From NCBI GenBank assembly GCA_965219955.1, contig OZ244799.1, positions 1,984,001 through 2,048,000 on the forward strand: a stretch of 64,000 bases of DNA, written 5' to 3'. This document shows, in pieces, positions 10,673 through 19,602 of the stretch. The translations under genes were made by a program, and so were the position numbers. The DNA is from a bacterium. GTDB lineage: Bacteria > UBA8248. The notes beneath the pieces were generated by a model. It was not told the DNA's origin. It searched no databases and worked only from the letters and a program-made list of their open reading frames with translations. Each line of letters opens with the position of its first letter. The stretch's first letter is position 1.

Positions 10673-12171
10673 ACGAAACGCTCGATATGCGCGAGATGAT
10701 CGAGGAGATGGGGGAAGAACTCACCCCCGGCCAGCGCGTTTGGCGGCATCTGCAGAAAAACCGCATGGCGATGGTGGGCGGCGTCGTGCTGGTGCTGTTC
10801 TTCGCCCTGGCGGCGATCGGCTTCGTCAATTCCGCCCTCATGAGCGAGCCGATGTTCGACGCGAACGTCGTGCGCCTGCCGGACAAGCTCATGGCCCCCT
10901 TCTCCGCCCCGAACGAAAACCAGGTGCCCAGGGAAAACCTCCCGCGCCTGGGGATTTACGTGTTCGGCACCGACGATCTGGGCCGCGACGTTTTCGCCAG
11001 GATGCTGGAGGGCACCTTCATCTCGATGTCGGTGGGCTTCGTGGCCATCGGCATCGCCACCCTGCTGGGGGTCGCGATAGGCGGAATCGCAGGCTTTTAT
11101 GGAGAAATCAAACCGAGCGGCGCGCCCCTGTTCGGCTTCATCGGAGCGGGCCTCACCGGCTACGCCGCCTGGAACGAGCTGGGATTCCTGGCTCTCCTGT
11201 TCGCCATGGCGGGCGCAGGCCTGGGGTTACTGGTGCGCCGCGACGGGCGCTCCCTGTTCCTGGAGGGCATGATCTTCGGCGCGCTTCTGGGCCTGGCGCT
11301 CGGCCCGTTCGAGCCGTTCGGGTTCAGCGGCTTCACCTCCGACTCAGGCCTCAGCGTGCGCACGCCCTACTGGCGCGAGGGGTTCCTGGGCGCGGCCTGC
11401 CTCGTAGCACTCGCCTCCTTCGGCGGGGCGCAGGGCGCGAACGCGGAGGAAAGCGCGGCGGACGGCGTCTCCCTGAGCGCGGTGTTCGGCGGAGGCCTCA
11501 CCTATTTCCTCTTGTTCCTCGCAGGCCTCTACCTCGCCTATCCGGGCCAAACGGCGCACCTGTGGACGAGCGTCGCGGGGGCGGTGGCCTTTGTCTATCT
11601 CTACCAGAGATTCGAGGTCACAGAGCTTCTTCAAAGATTCCGGCTGCCCAAGGTGGACATCATCTACACCACTATCGTGGACGTGCAGCTTTCGTTCCCC
11701 TCGTTTTTCGTGCTCCTGACCATCCTCGCCCTCGTGACGCCCAACATCTGGATCATCATGGTGGTCATCGGCGTCCTGGGCTGGGTGGGGCCCGCGCGTT
11801 TCGTGCGCGCGGAGATCCTCTCGCTGAGGGAGCAGCCCTTCGTGGAGTCCGCGCGCGCCTCGGGCGGCTCGGACAGGCTCATCATCTTCCGCTACCTGAT
11901 CCCCAATTCGCTGGCGCCCGTCCTTGTATCGGCCACCATCGGCATCGCGGGCGCGATCCTGACGGAAGCGAGCCTGAGCTTTCTGGGCTTCGGCGTTCCG
12001 CCGCCCCAGGCGAGCTGGGGGAACATCTTCTCGGACGGGAAGAAATACATCTTCGACGCCCCCTGGCTCACCTTCATACCGGGTTCGGCGATACTCGTCG
12101 TCATGCTCGCCTTCAACCTCTTCGGCGAGGGCCTGCGCGACGCCATGAACCCCAGGGCGAACAGCAGGTAG
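10669..12171 (+). CDS. ABC peptide transporter permease (OppC/DppC-like) with a large membrane insertion
   Basis: FGTDDLGRD, ARFVRAEILSLRE, EASLSFLG and FNLFGEGLRDA motifs; start at ATG 10669 overlapping the upstream stop. Confidence 0.9.
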   Translation: MNETLDMREMIEEMGEELTPGQRVWRHLQKNRMAMVGGVVLVLFFALAAIGFVNSALMSEPMFDANVVRLPDKLMAPFSAPNENQVPRENLPRLGIYVFGTDDLGRDVFARMLEGTFISMSVGFVAIGIATLLGVAIGGIAGFYGEIKPSGAPLFGFIGAGLTGYAAWNELGFLALLFAMAGAGLGLLVRRDGRSLFLEGMIFGALLGLALGPFEPFGFSGFTSDSGLSVRTPYWREGFLGAACLVALASFGGAQGANAEESAADGVSLSAVFGGGLTYFLLFLAGLYLAYPGQTAHLWTSVAGAVAFVYLYQRFEVTELLQRFRLPKVDIIYTTIVDVQLSFPSFFVLLTILALVTPNIWIIMVVIGVLGWVGPARFVRAEILSLREQPFVESARASGGSDRLIIFRYLIPNSLAPVLVSATIGIAGAILTEASLSFLGFGVPPPQASWGNIFSDGKKYIFDAPWLTFIPGSAILVVMLAFNLFGEGLRDAMNPRANSR

Positions 12172-12202
12172 CGGTAACGGGAATTGTCTGGAACGGGAGG
12201 CG

Positions 12203-12232
12203 TTGACAGCGCGGCATACGCAACGCTATATA
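12203..12232 (+). promoter_or_regulatory. Putative sigma70 promoter of tRNA-Leu
   Basis: TTGACA at 12203 and TATATA at 12227 (18-bp spacer), about 50 bp upstream of the tRNA. Confidence 0.55.
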
Positions 12233-12279
12233 GCCTCTTGGCCTGAGCGTTGCCCCGGATGAAAATTCTCAGGCTTCAT

Positions 12280-12366
12280 GCCCAAGTGGTGGAATTGGTA
12301 GACACGCTAGCTTGAGGGGCTAGTGGGGGCAACCCCGTGTCGGTTCGAGTCCGGCCTTGGGCACCA
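12280..12366 (+). tRNA. tRNA-Leu (anticodon GAG)
   Basis: GCCCAAG/CTTGGGC acceptor stem, CCA end, anticodon arm CTAGC-TTGAGGG-GCTAG, long variable arm, GGTTCGAGTCC T-loop. Confidence 0.97.
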
Positions 12367-12549
12367 AACAATTTTCGCGGCATGCACGACCCGGACGAAC
12401 CCGCCCGAGTCGCTTCTCCTTCTTCAAAACCCCAACAGAAAACAATCCGCGCCTTTTCTGTGGCGAAAACTTCGCCCTGAGACCTATATTGAGAATACAG
12501 GTGAGCGATAAATCTCTCGCGCGAGCCGGAGCCGCCGAAGGAGATCGGC

Positions 12550-12756
12550 ATGAGCCGATACATCTGGATTTGCCCGAAATGCCTGCACCAGTTTCAGGGA
12601 CACGTGTTCGATGAGGGCACCTACGGAAGCGGCCCCATCTGCAACGCCTGCTGCGTGGAACTGGAATTCGTGCCCGGAGAGGACGCGGCGGATGAACCCG
12701 CGTTCAAGGAACAACGGCGTGAGGCGGAGGTTCGCGCGTCTGACCCCGCCGCCTAG
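12550..12756 (+). CDS. Small zinc-ribbon-like hypothetical protein
   Basis: AGGAGA RBS; CPKC...CNAC cysteine pairs. Confidence 0.6.
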   Translation: MSRYIWICPKCLHQFQGHVFDEGTYGSGPICNACCVELEFVPGEDAADEPAFKEQRREAEVRASDPAA

Positions 12757-12827
12757 GGCCGCAGGGCGTGATGCCCCCGGCATTCCTCACCGAAGCAAAG
12801 CGCCGGGAAATCCCGCATTCTGTCGAA
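12753..12827 (-). pseudogene. Duplicated 3' end of def (copy 3)
   Basis: Translates FDRMRDFPALCFGEECRGHHALRP*, versus IDRMRDFSTLCFGEEYRRYHAPRPKED* at the end of def. Confidence 0.85.
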
Positions 12828-12842
12828 AATACGAATAATCCG

Positions 12843-12956
12843 TCATTCAGCCAGTTTTTTGTAAAGCGGCGCAAACCTCTCGTGGCTCGCCTGATAGGCC
12901 GCTATGACGCGGGCGCGCGGCCTGCTCCCCCTGCGCTTCTCGATCAAGTCGGCCAG
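12843..12956 (-). pseudogene. Duplicated 3' half of the antitoxin gene at 14771-15001
   Basis: 114-bp ungapped match to 14771-14884 with 9 mismatches counted by eye; followed on the minus strand by a copy of the doc start (ATG ACG GAT TAT). Confidence 0.88.
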
Positions 12957-13280
12957 CGGCGCGGCAGGCTTGATGAATCCGGCGCGGCCTCGATGGGTGG
13001 CGGGGAAAGGGAACCGACTACGCGGCGGGGAGAAAATTTTTTTCCGCTCCCCTTCATCGGGGGAAATCGGAAAAACAGGGCTTCATGCTCCATGCCGAAA
13101 GCGGAAAGGGATTTTTTTATGCGCGCCGTCAATTTCATTTCATGGCCGGGCGGGCATGATATGATCTCGCCCGGATGATAACGGCGCATGGGCCGCTGAT
13201 GGCACCGCCGCCGCTTGCCGATAGGGCACACTTCGGAGGGGTGATCGACGAACTACGCAGACAAATTGGAGGCACAAAAA

Positions 13281-14039
13281 ATGTCGCAACATCTAATAGT
13301 TGATGTGGATAGTTGGCCAACCCATAAAGGAAACGAGAAACCGTATCTGGATGTTGCAATTCCTTCTGTCTTGGAGTCTGTCTTCTGCGCGATGGTAGGT
13401 GCTTTCGGTAAGTTACCTGACGAACGAATTGAAGTCTCTTGGTGGAAAGATTTATCCAGAGTCCTTTCAGATTCCTGTTCTTATCAAATCCGTATTAATG
13501 CTCAAAATAGGAATTGGTGCGAATACGTCTATCAGTTCTCGCACAAACTGTGCCATGTAATGACGAACTACAATCCCAACAAAGTAAATCGCCATACTTG
13601 GTTTGAGGAAAGTCTTTGCGAAATGGCGTCATTGTTCGTTTTGTCTAGATTATCGGAGACCTGGAAAACCAACCCGCCTGTGAATGTCCGTGGAGCTGCC
13701 GAATTTGCACCTAGCCACGCAAAATACTGTGAGGATTTCGCAGACAAACACCTGACACCAGAACGCAAAAACTTACCAGGATGGTTATCATTAAATCTTG
13801 AGGATATGCAAAACAATCCTTATCTTCGCTGCCGCAATGCAGTTGTAGCCCTTGCCCTCCTGGATCATTTTCGGAGTGACCCTTCTCTTTGGGCGGACTG
13901 CGGATTTATAAATTACTGGAATGTTGAAAACGACAAAACTTTTGAAGACTATTTGAATTCATGGGAAAAGTGTTTGAAATGCAATGACTCTGATTCGGTT
14001 CGAGTACCTGCCCTCGTTAGAAAAATGTTTTACGAGTAG
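13281..14039 (+). CDS. Hypothetical protein, AT-rich, metallopeptidase-like with degenerate HExxH
   Basis: GGAGG RBS before ATG 13281; YQFSHKLCHV...WFEESLCE pattern; visibly lower GC than flanks. Confidence 0.7.
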   Translation: MSQHLIVDVDSWPTHKGNEKPYLDVAIPSVLESVFCAMVGAFGKLPDERIEVSWWKDLSRVLSDSCSYQIRINAQNRNWCEYVYQFSHKLCHVMTNYNPNKVNRHTWFEESLCEMASLFVLSRLSETWKTNPPVNVRGAAEFAPSHAKYCEDFADKHLTPERKNLPGWLSLNLEDMQNNPYLRCRNAVVALALLDHFRSDPSLWADCGFINYWNVENDKTFEDYLNSWEKCLKCNDSDSVRVPALVRKMFYE

Positions 14040-14272
14040 CAAGTCGTGAAGATAAACCAGTTGATCGCAAGTCTTGAATCCGCGCCCGTGGGCGACGGCG
14101 ATCTTATGGACGAGCCGTTCCTGTGATAGCCATATTAGCGTCGCCCCCTTCATGCTGCTCTTGCACCCTGGTATTGTGTACGGGCCTTTCCCTTGATGTG
14201 ATGGCGTGAAGTCCGGGTTTGGACAAGCCCTGTGCCTAGACATCGTGTGAGCCCGAGCGTGGACCGGGTGCT

Positions 14273-14353
14273 CTACTCGGCCTCTTCTTTGGGCCGCGGC
14301 GCGTGATGCCTGCGGTATTCCTCCCCGAAGCAAAGAGAAGCGAAATCCCCCAT
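14273..14353 (-). pseudogene. Duplicated 3' end of def (copy 2)
   Basis: Translates MGDFASLCFGEEYRRHHAPRPKEEAE*, homologous to the def C-terminus. Confidence 0.85.
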
Positions 14354-14390
14354 CCCATCCAAGCCGCTCGGCCCGCCTGAGTAATCGTAA

Positions 14391-14774
14391 TCATTCCGGA
14401 GCATCAAGCCGGACGTTCATTCTGAGCCAATCTCTCAATCGCTCGAAGATGAATGAATCGGTTTCATACAGGCCGATGATGAAGTTATAGGTATTTTCGG
14501 CGTCCGCCGTAATCCACACCCCGTTGATCGCGAGAAACGTATAGGTGACGGCGAAAGCCGTGCGCTTGTTCCCGTCGACGAACGGGTGATTACTCTCCAT
14601 ACTCTCCCAGAGCGCGGCGGCCTCCTCAATCAGATCGGCGTAGTAGCCCGTCTGTGGACGAAACAGTGCGGCTTCAAGCAGACCCGCATCACGCACGCCT
14701 TCGTCCCCGCCGTATCGCTCAATCTGGTCTTGGTGGATTGCAAGAACTTCAACGAGGGTCGGATAGTCCGTCAT
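14391..14774 (-). CDS. doc: Doc/Fic family type II toxin
   Basis: HPFVDGNKRTA Fic/Doc motif; GVRDAGLLEAAL N-terminal motif. Confidence 0.92.
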   Translation of the reverse strand: MTDYPTLVEVLAIHQDQIERYGGDEGVRDAGLLEAALFRPQTGYYADLIEEAAALWESMESNHPFVDGNKRTAFAVTYTFLAINGVWITADAENTYNFIIGLYETDSFIFERLRDWLRMNVRLDAPE

Positions 14775-15001
14775 TCAGCGAGTTTTTTGTAAAGCGGCGC
14801 AAACCTTTCATGGCTCGCCTGATAGACCGCCATGATGTGGGCGCGCGGCCTGCTCCCCTTGCGCTTCTCGATCAGGTCGGCCAGAGCCTCATCCACCAGG
14901 GTCTGAAGCTGCCGCCCCTCGCTCCGCGCAAGGCTGCGGACGGCGGCCAGAATTTCCGAATTCACCTGGGTTGCGAATTTCTCTCGCTCTAGGGTCGCCA
15001 T
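14771..15001 (-). CDS. Putative antitoxin (RHH-like) partner of Doc
   Basis: 76 aa, ATGA overlap with the toxin, KFATQV...VDEALADLIE RHH-like pattern. Confidence 0.8.
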   Translation of the reverse strand: MATLEREKFATQVNSEILAAVRSLARSEGRQLQTLVDEALADLIEKRKGSRPRAHIMAVYQASHERFAPLYKKLAE

Positions 15002-15024
15002 AGGGCACCTCCATTCTTAGGCGA

Positions 15025-15054
15025 AATTTATCATGAAATATCATGAATTGTCAA
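15025..15054 (-). promoter_or_regulatory. TA promoter with tandem TCATGA palindromic operators
   Basis: TTGACA on the minus strand at 15049-15054; TCATGA at 15031 and 15041 between the -35 and -10 elements. Confidence 0.6.
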
Positions 15055-15095
15055 GAAAACAGACGAATGGCCTCTTTGACTTTCGTCTCAACCAC

Positions 15096-15665
15096 TCAGG
15101 GTCGGGCTTTCTTGATGCGCCACTGCTTGAGCTTCGCCTCGGTGGACGCGCACGCCGCGAGCGCGAGATCGCGCGACATGAACGGCCCGGCCGACCTGCT
15201 TGCGGCGCCCGCGACGAGGCAAAGCGTCGGGTCTCCGCCGGGGCGGAACTCCATCGCCGCAGAGTCGTAATCGAAGTCTTGGCCTGTGGCGTTCTTCGCG
15301 CAATCCAACAGCCCAATCGTTACCCCGGCTGCGGCCGGCGCCAGAAGCGCCGCGCATTTCCCGGAAAATGTGGCCGAAGCGATCCGCCGCGCCGCCTCCT
15401 CGTAGCGGAACTGAACGTCGCCGCCCCTCGGCTTGCACGAGTGCGTATGCAGCCTATCGCTGAATCCTCGTCCTCGGGTATCGATGCACCAGCCAAGCTT
15501 GTCCTGTTCGTCCAGATTGTCCGCCAGGTAGATGACCGGGGCGGGCGTCCTAAGGTCGGGCGGCGCCGCATACGCTGCTTTCGGGAGAACCAACAGCAGG
15601 AGAAGAACCAGGTGCGCGAGCGTCTTGACGGCCGAGTGGGCGCCTGTAGCTGCGGTCATCGTCAT
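15096..15665 (-). CDS. Secreted ricin-type beta-trefoil lectin-like protein
   Basis: Signal peptide; repeated C-x-D/L...C subdomains (WCID..HSCK, KC..LLDC, LCL..LAAC..QW); AGGAGG RBS before ATG 15665. Confidence 0.65.
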   Translation of the reverse strand: MTMTAATGAHSAVKTLAHLVLLLLLVLPKAAYAAPPDLRTPAPVIYLADNLDEQDKLGWCIDTRGRGFSDRLHTHSCKPRGGDVQFRYEEAARRIASATFSGKCAALLAPAAAGVTIGLLDCAKNATGQDFDYDSAAMEFRPGGDPTLCLVAGAASRSAGPFMSRDLALAACASTEAKLKQWRIKKARP

Positions 15666-15753
15666 TTCCGGATTCCTCCTGCATTCCATGACTCACCGTA
15701 TCGGCCATGCCGATGCGGGAGAAAACCAAGCTGACCTGCTTCGCCTGCCCCCC

Positions 15754-16281
15754 TCAATCCTCTTTCGGCCTCGGGGCGTGGTATCTGCGATATTCCTCGC
15801 CGAAGCAGAGCGTCGAGAAATCGCGCATCCTGTCGATGAATATCAATCCATCGAGATGGTCGTATTCATGCTGGCACACGCGCGCGGCGAAGCCCTCGAG
15901 CTCCTCCGCATAGACGTTCCCCTCATGGTCCTGCGCTTCCAGCCGCACGCGGTCGTTGCGCGGCACGCGGCCGTGGATATCGGGGACGCTGAGACAACCC
16001 TCCCATTCCTCCCAACCCTCGTTCCCCAAGGGCGTGAGCTTCGGGTTCACGGCAAAACGCAGCGTTTCCTCATCGTCGGGGTCGAACTGCATGACGAACA
16101 GCCTGATCCCCAAGTGCACCTGGGGAGCGGCGAGGCCAACGCCCGCATATTCCACCATCGTCTCGAACATGTCCTCGATGATTTCCGCAAGTTCGGGACC
16201 CCCAAGATACTCGGGCTCGACCTCGCTCGCCTTCCGGCGCAGGACGGGGTGGCCCATGCGGGCGACCTTTAATATGGGCAT
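15754..16281 (-). CDS. def: Peptide deformylase
   Basis: GVGLAAPQ, EGCLS and QHEYDHLDG motifs. Confidence 0.97.
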   Translation of the reverse strand: MPILKVARMGHPVLRRKASEVEPEYLGGPELAEIIEDMFETMVEYAGVGLAAPQVHLGIRLFVMQFDPDDEETLRFAVNPKLTPLGNEGWEEWEGCLSVPDIHGRVPRNDRVRLEAQDHEGNVYAEELEGFAARVCQHEYDHLDGLIFIDRMRDFSTLCFGEEYRRYHAPRPKED

Positions 16282-16290
16282 CTCCCTCTC

Positions 16291-17007
16291 CTATCCGCTT
16301 GGAGACGTCATTGGCGGCAGGGCGGCGAACCAGGCGGCCAGACCGCCCGGATCGACGGTCTCCTCGAGCGAGTCCACGACGCGGTCGGCCTCGGTGAGTT
16401 TTTCGGCGGGGTAGCTCGTCGTCACCGCGAGCGTCCTCATGCCTGCGGCGCCTCCCGAGCGTACGCCCGCCACGGAATCCTCCACCACGAGACACGACGC
16501 CCCCGGAATCGGCTCGGCCCGGCTCTCGTTTATCCGCGCAAGCGCCGTCAGGAAACTCTCGGGGTCTGGCTTTCCCCGGCTCACCATCTCCGCCGTTACG
16601 ATGATCGGGAAACAATCGATCAGGCCCACCCTTTCGAGCACGGGCCGCACCTCGTGGCCCAGCGCCCCGCTCGCAATGGCGAGGGGCCAGTGCGCGGCCG
16701 CCGCGCGAATCATCTCCGCGGCGCCGGGCAGAATCTGCGGCGCCAGCGCGATTTCCTGGTAGCGCGCCTCTTTCATCTCCAGAAGCTGCTCGAAGCGGTC
16801 GGGTTCTACGCCCACGCCGCGATCGTTCAGAACGTGGGTGAACAGGAGCCTGTCGTCGAAGGCGAGGTAGCGCTCGGCGTATTCCTCCTCCGTCAAGTCC
16901 AGGTCCAGTTCTTCCGAGAGCACCGCCTGGAACGCCGCCAGATGGAGCGGCTCGCTATCCGCAATGGTGCCGTCGAAATCAAAAATGATCGCTTGTAATT
17001 CCGGCAT
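16291..17007 (-). CDS. HAD family phosphatase (beta-PGM-like)
   Basis: FDFDGTIADSE, GKPDPE and VEDSVAG motifs. Confidence 0.92.
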   Translation of the reverse strand: MPELQAIIFDFDGTIADSEPLHLAAFQAVLSEELDLDLTEEEYAERYLAFDDRLLFTHVLNDRGVGVEPDRFEQLLEMKEARYQEIALAPQILPGAAEMIRAAAAHWPLAIASGALGHEVRPVLERVGLIDCFPIIVTAEMVSRGKPDPESFLTALARINESRAEPIPGASCLVVEDSVAGVRSGGAAGMRTLAVTTSYPAEKLTEADRVVDSLEETVDPGGLAAWFAALPPMTSPSG

Positions 17008-17095
17008 TCCCTCTCTCCATATCCATGGCCGCCACGCCCCGATGGAAGCCTCCGCCTCGCCGCCGAACGCTATCCGCCATCGTTTTTCTCGGGCC

Positions 17096-17860
17096 TTACA
17101 GCCACCCGCCCCCGTCTTCGAATATACTCTCGCCCGTGATGTAGGCCGATGCGTCGGACGCGAGAAAAACCGCGAGACCCACGATGTCTTCCGGCTCGCC
17201 CACGCGGCCGAGTATCGTCCTCTCGTTCAAACCCTCTTCCACTTCGGGGTCTGCGAGCGCGGGCGCCAGCATGGGCGTTCTGTGCACGCCCGGGCAGATG
17301 CAGTTCACGCGAACGCCCCGCCCGCCCCACTCCATCGCGAGCGATTTCGTCAGGCCCACCACGCCGTATTTGCTCGCGTTATACGCCGCGCGCGCGGGCC
17401 TGTGCCCCCGTTCGCCCAGGAACGTGCCGATGTTCACGATGCTGCCGGAGCCTCGCGCGAGCATCCCGCGGCCTGCGGCCTGCGCGCAGAGAAAAGCGCC
17501 CGTCAGGTTCACGTCGAGGACGAAGCGGAAATCCTCAGGCTTTACCTCCACGCTCGGGTCGGCGTTTATCACGCCCGCTCCGTTTATCAGGATGTCGACC
17601 CCGCCCAGGGCCTCTTCGGTACGCTCCACGGCGCGGGCCACCTCGTCCGCTTTCGTCACGTCCGCTCCGATGGCCAGCGCGCGGCGGCCCGTTTCCTCGA
17701 TTCGGCGGGCCGTCTCGGCCACCAGGTTCTCTCTCCTGCCCAGAACGGCCACGTCCGCACCCGCCTCGGCCAGACCCAGCGCCATCGCCGCGCCCAGGCC
17801 CGTGCCCGCGCCCGTCACCAGGGCCGCCTTTCCGTCCAGACGAAATTTATCGAGTATCAA
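17096..17860 (-). CDS. SDR family oxidoreductase
   Basis: TGAGTGLG, NGAG, YNASK and VFLASD motifs. Confidence 0.93.
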   Translation of the reverse strand: MILDKFRLDGKAALVTGAGTGLGAAMALGLAEAGADVAVLGRRENLVAETARRIEETGRRALAIGADVTKADEVARAVERTEEALGGVDILINGAGVINADPSVEVKPEDFRFVLDVNLTGAFLCAQAAGRGMLARGSGSIVNIGTFLGERGHRPARAAYNASKYGVVGLTKSLAMEWGGRGVRVNCICPGVHRTPMLAPALADPEVEEGLNERTILGRVGEPEDIVGLAVFLASDASAYITGESIFEDGGGWL

Positions 17861-18034
17861 GACCGTATTCCTTGCAGATGATGAGACATATATCGGCGAT
17901 GCGCGCCGCTCCCGTAAAAGCGCCCCAAGCTAGGGGATGGCGCATGGGGGTGTCAATACGAGGGGCCGTATTTTGAGCCAACGCGAGAGCATGGTGGAAC
18001 GCATCTCGTCGTGGGTTAGTAAAGCCCCCTGCCG

Positions 18035-18350
18035 GGGGTTGTTGAAAAAGCCCCGTGGAGTGATTTTGGTTGAGCGCACGCTTTTGAAGTTCACTCCCCC
18101 CTTGAGGGGGAGTCGAAGAGCTGAGGGCGTAAGCCCGAAAGCGATTCGGTGGGGGGTATAATTCGGACTGGCGATAAAACGCACTTTACCCCCCACCGAT
18201 TCAGCCTTCGCACAAACCGCTCGGCTTCATCGACTCCCCCTCAAGGGGGGAGTGGTTGGCTGGCGCTTAGCAAAGGAGGAGTAAAGTTTCATCCCTCCAT
18301 GGTCGACTCCATATCTGGAATCACGAAATCAGGATTTTTTCAACAACACC
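18035..18350. mobile_element. MITE-like element E1 with REP-like core
   Basis: TIRs GGGGTTGTTGAAAAA / TTTTTCAACAACACC; 163-bp palindromic core at 18092-18254. Confidence 0.75.
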
Positions 18351-18464
18351 GGATAAGGGGGGCTTTTCCATCAACCACGTTGTTGAGGGCATACATAAAG
18401 ATTACACTTTTCCCGATGTGTCTGATCCCTGCAAAACGCCCCCACCCCAGGATGGGCTATCCAC

Positions 18465-19148
18465 ATGGCCGGTACCCGACCGGAACACTCGCTGGACGAG
18501 AAACATGAAACCTGCCCCCTGTGCGGGGCGGACGAGGCCGCGCTTTATCTTCATGCCGACGGGAGGGACTATTTTCAGTGTCCCCTCTGCCGCCTCATTT
18601 TCGTGCCGCCGGAGTTCTGGCCCGCACCCCAAATCGAGAAAGAGAGATACGAGCAACACCAGAATTCAGGCTCCGATGCGGGCTACGTCGCCTTTCTCAA
18701 GCAATTGAGCGAGCCTCTGGCTACAATGCTGCCAGAAGGCGCGCGGGGTCTTGATTTCGGCGCGGGGCCTGCGTCGGACGGGCGCCCCGTTCTGTGCGAG
18801 TTGTTCCGGGGCGAGGGCTTCGAGTGCCTGCCCTACGATCCGTTTTTCTTCCCGGAAATGCCGGACGGCCCTTTTGATTTCATCGCCGCCAGCGAGACGT
18901 TCGAGCATCTGAGGCATCCTGTGGAGGAGATCGAGAAAATTCATGAAAACCTCAGAACGGGCGGTCTTCTCGGCGTGATGACGGCGTTCTGGAAGGAGGC
19001 GCTATTCATGAACAACTGGCACTACAGGCGCGACTTCACCCATCTTTGCTTCTACCGGATGGAGAGTTTCGCGTGGATTCAGGAGCATTTCGGCTTCGCC
19101 TGCCGCTGGACGGATGAGCGCCGCGTCATCATTCTGGAGAAACTTTAA
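18465..19148 (+). CDS. Class I SAM-dependent methyltransferase with N-terminal Zn ribbon
   Basis: CPLC..CPLC, LDFGAGP, YDPFF and ETFEH motifs. Confidence 0.88.
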   Translation: MAGTRPEHSLDEKHETCPLCGADEAALYLHADGRDYFQCPLCRLIFVPPEFWPAPQIEKERYEQHQNSGSDAGYVAFLKQLSEPLATMLPEGARGLDFGAGPASDGRPVLCELFRGEGFECLPYDPFFFPEMPDGPFDFIAASETFEHLRHPVEEIEKIHENLRTGGLLGVMTAFWKEALFMNNWHYRRDFTHLCFYRMESFAWIQEHFGFACRWTDERRVIILEKL

Positions 19149-19195
19149 TAGGGCTCGGCTCTCATTGTTCTCTCGTAATCTGGGGCGGGACGAAC

Positions 19196-19456
19196 GGGGT
19201 TGTTGAAAAACCGGAACTCTGGATTTGTCGTATGTAACCGACCGACGAGAGAGTCAAATCACTCCCCCCTTGAGGGGGAGTCGAAGAGCTAAGGGCGTAA
19301 GCCCGAGAGCGATTCGGTGGGGGGTATAATTCGGACTGGCGATAAAACGCATTTTACCCCCCACCGATTCAGCCTTCGCACAAACCGCTCGGCTTCATCG
19401 ACTCCCCCTCAAGGGGGGAGTGATTCCTCTCTCCTCGGGCCTTTTTCAACAACACC
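19196..19456. mobile_element. MITE-like element E2 with REP-like core
   Basis: Same TIRs as E1; core 19260-19422 differs from the E1 core at 3 positions. Confidence 0.75.
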
Positions 19457-19602
19457 GAATCCGCCGCCTGTGATAAAAATTTTAATGCGCATAGCTCACG
19501 CACCCTGTTTTCAAGATTGCTTGTTCACGCTCATCCGCTGTGGCATTCTTGGCGCGTGAAATAAACGCTTGATTCATGTGGGGAAACGCTCTCTTGCGCA
19601 CG

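Noticed and set aside
12280-16000. Classical tRNA-Leu-integrated island
   Set aside because: No duplicated tRNA 3' end and no integrase were seen; the direct repeats derive from def instead.
17930-18508. Small ORFs across the palindromic elements (also near 19317, 37385-37835, 46672 and 48296)
   Set aside because: Translations of REP-like repeats with no RBS or domain support.
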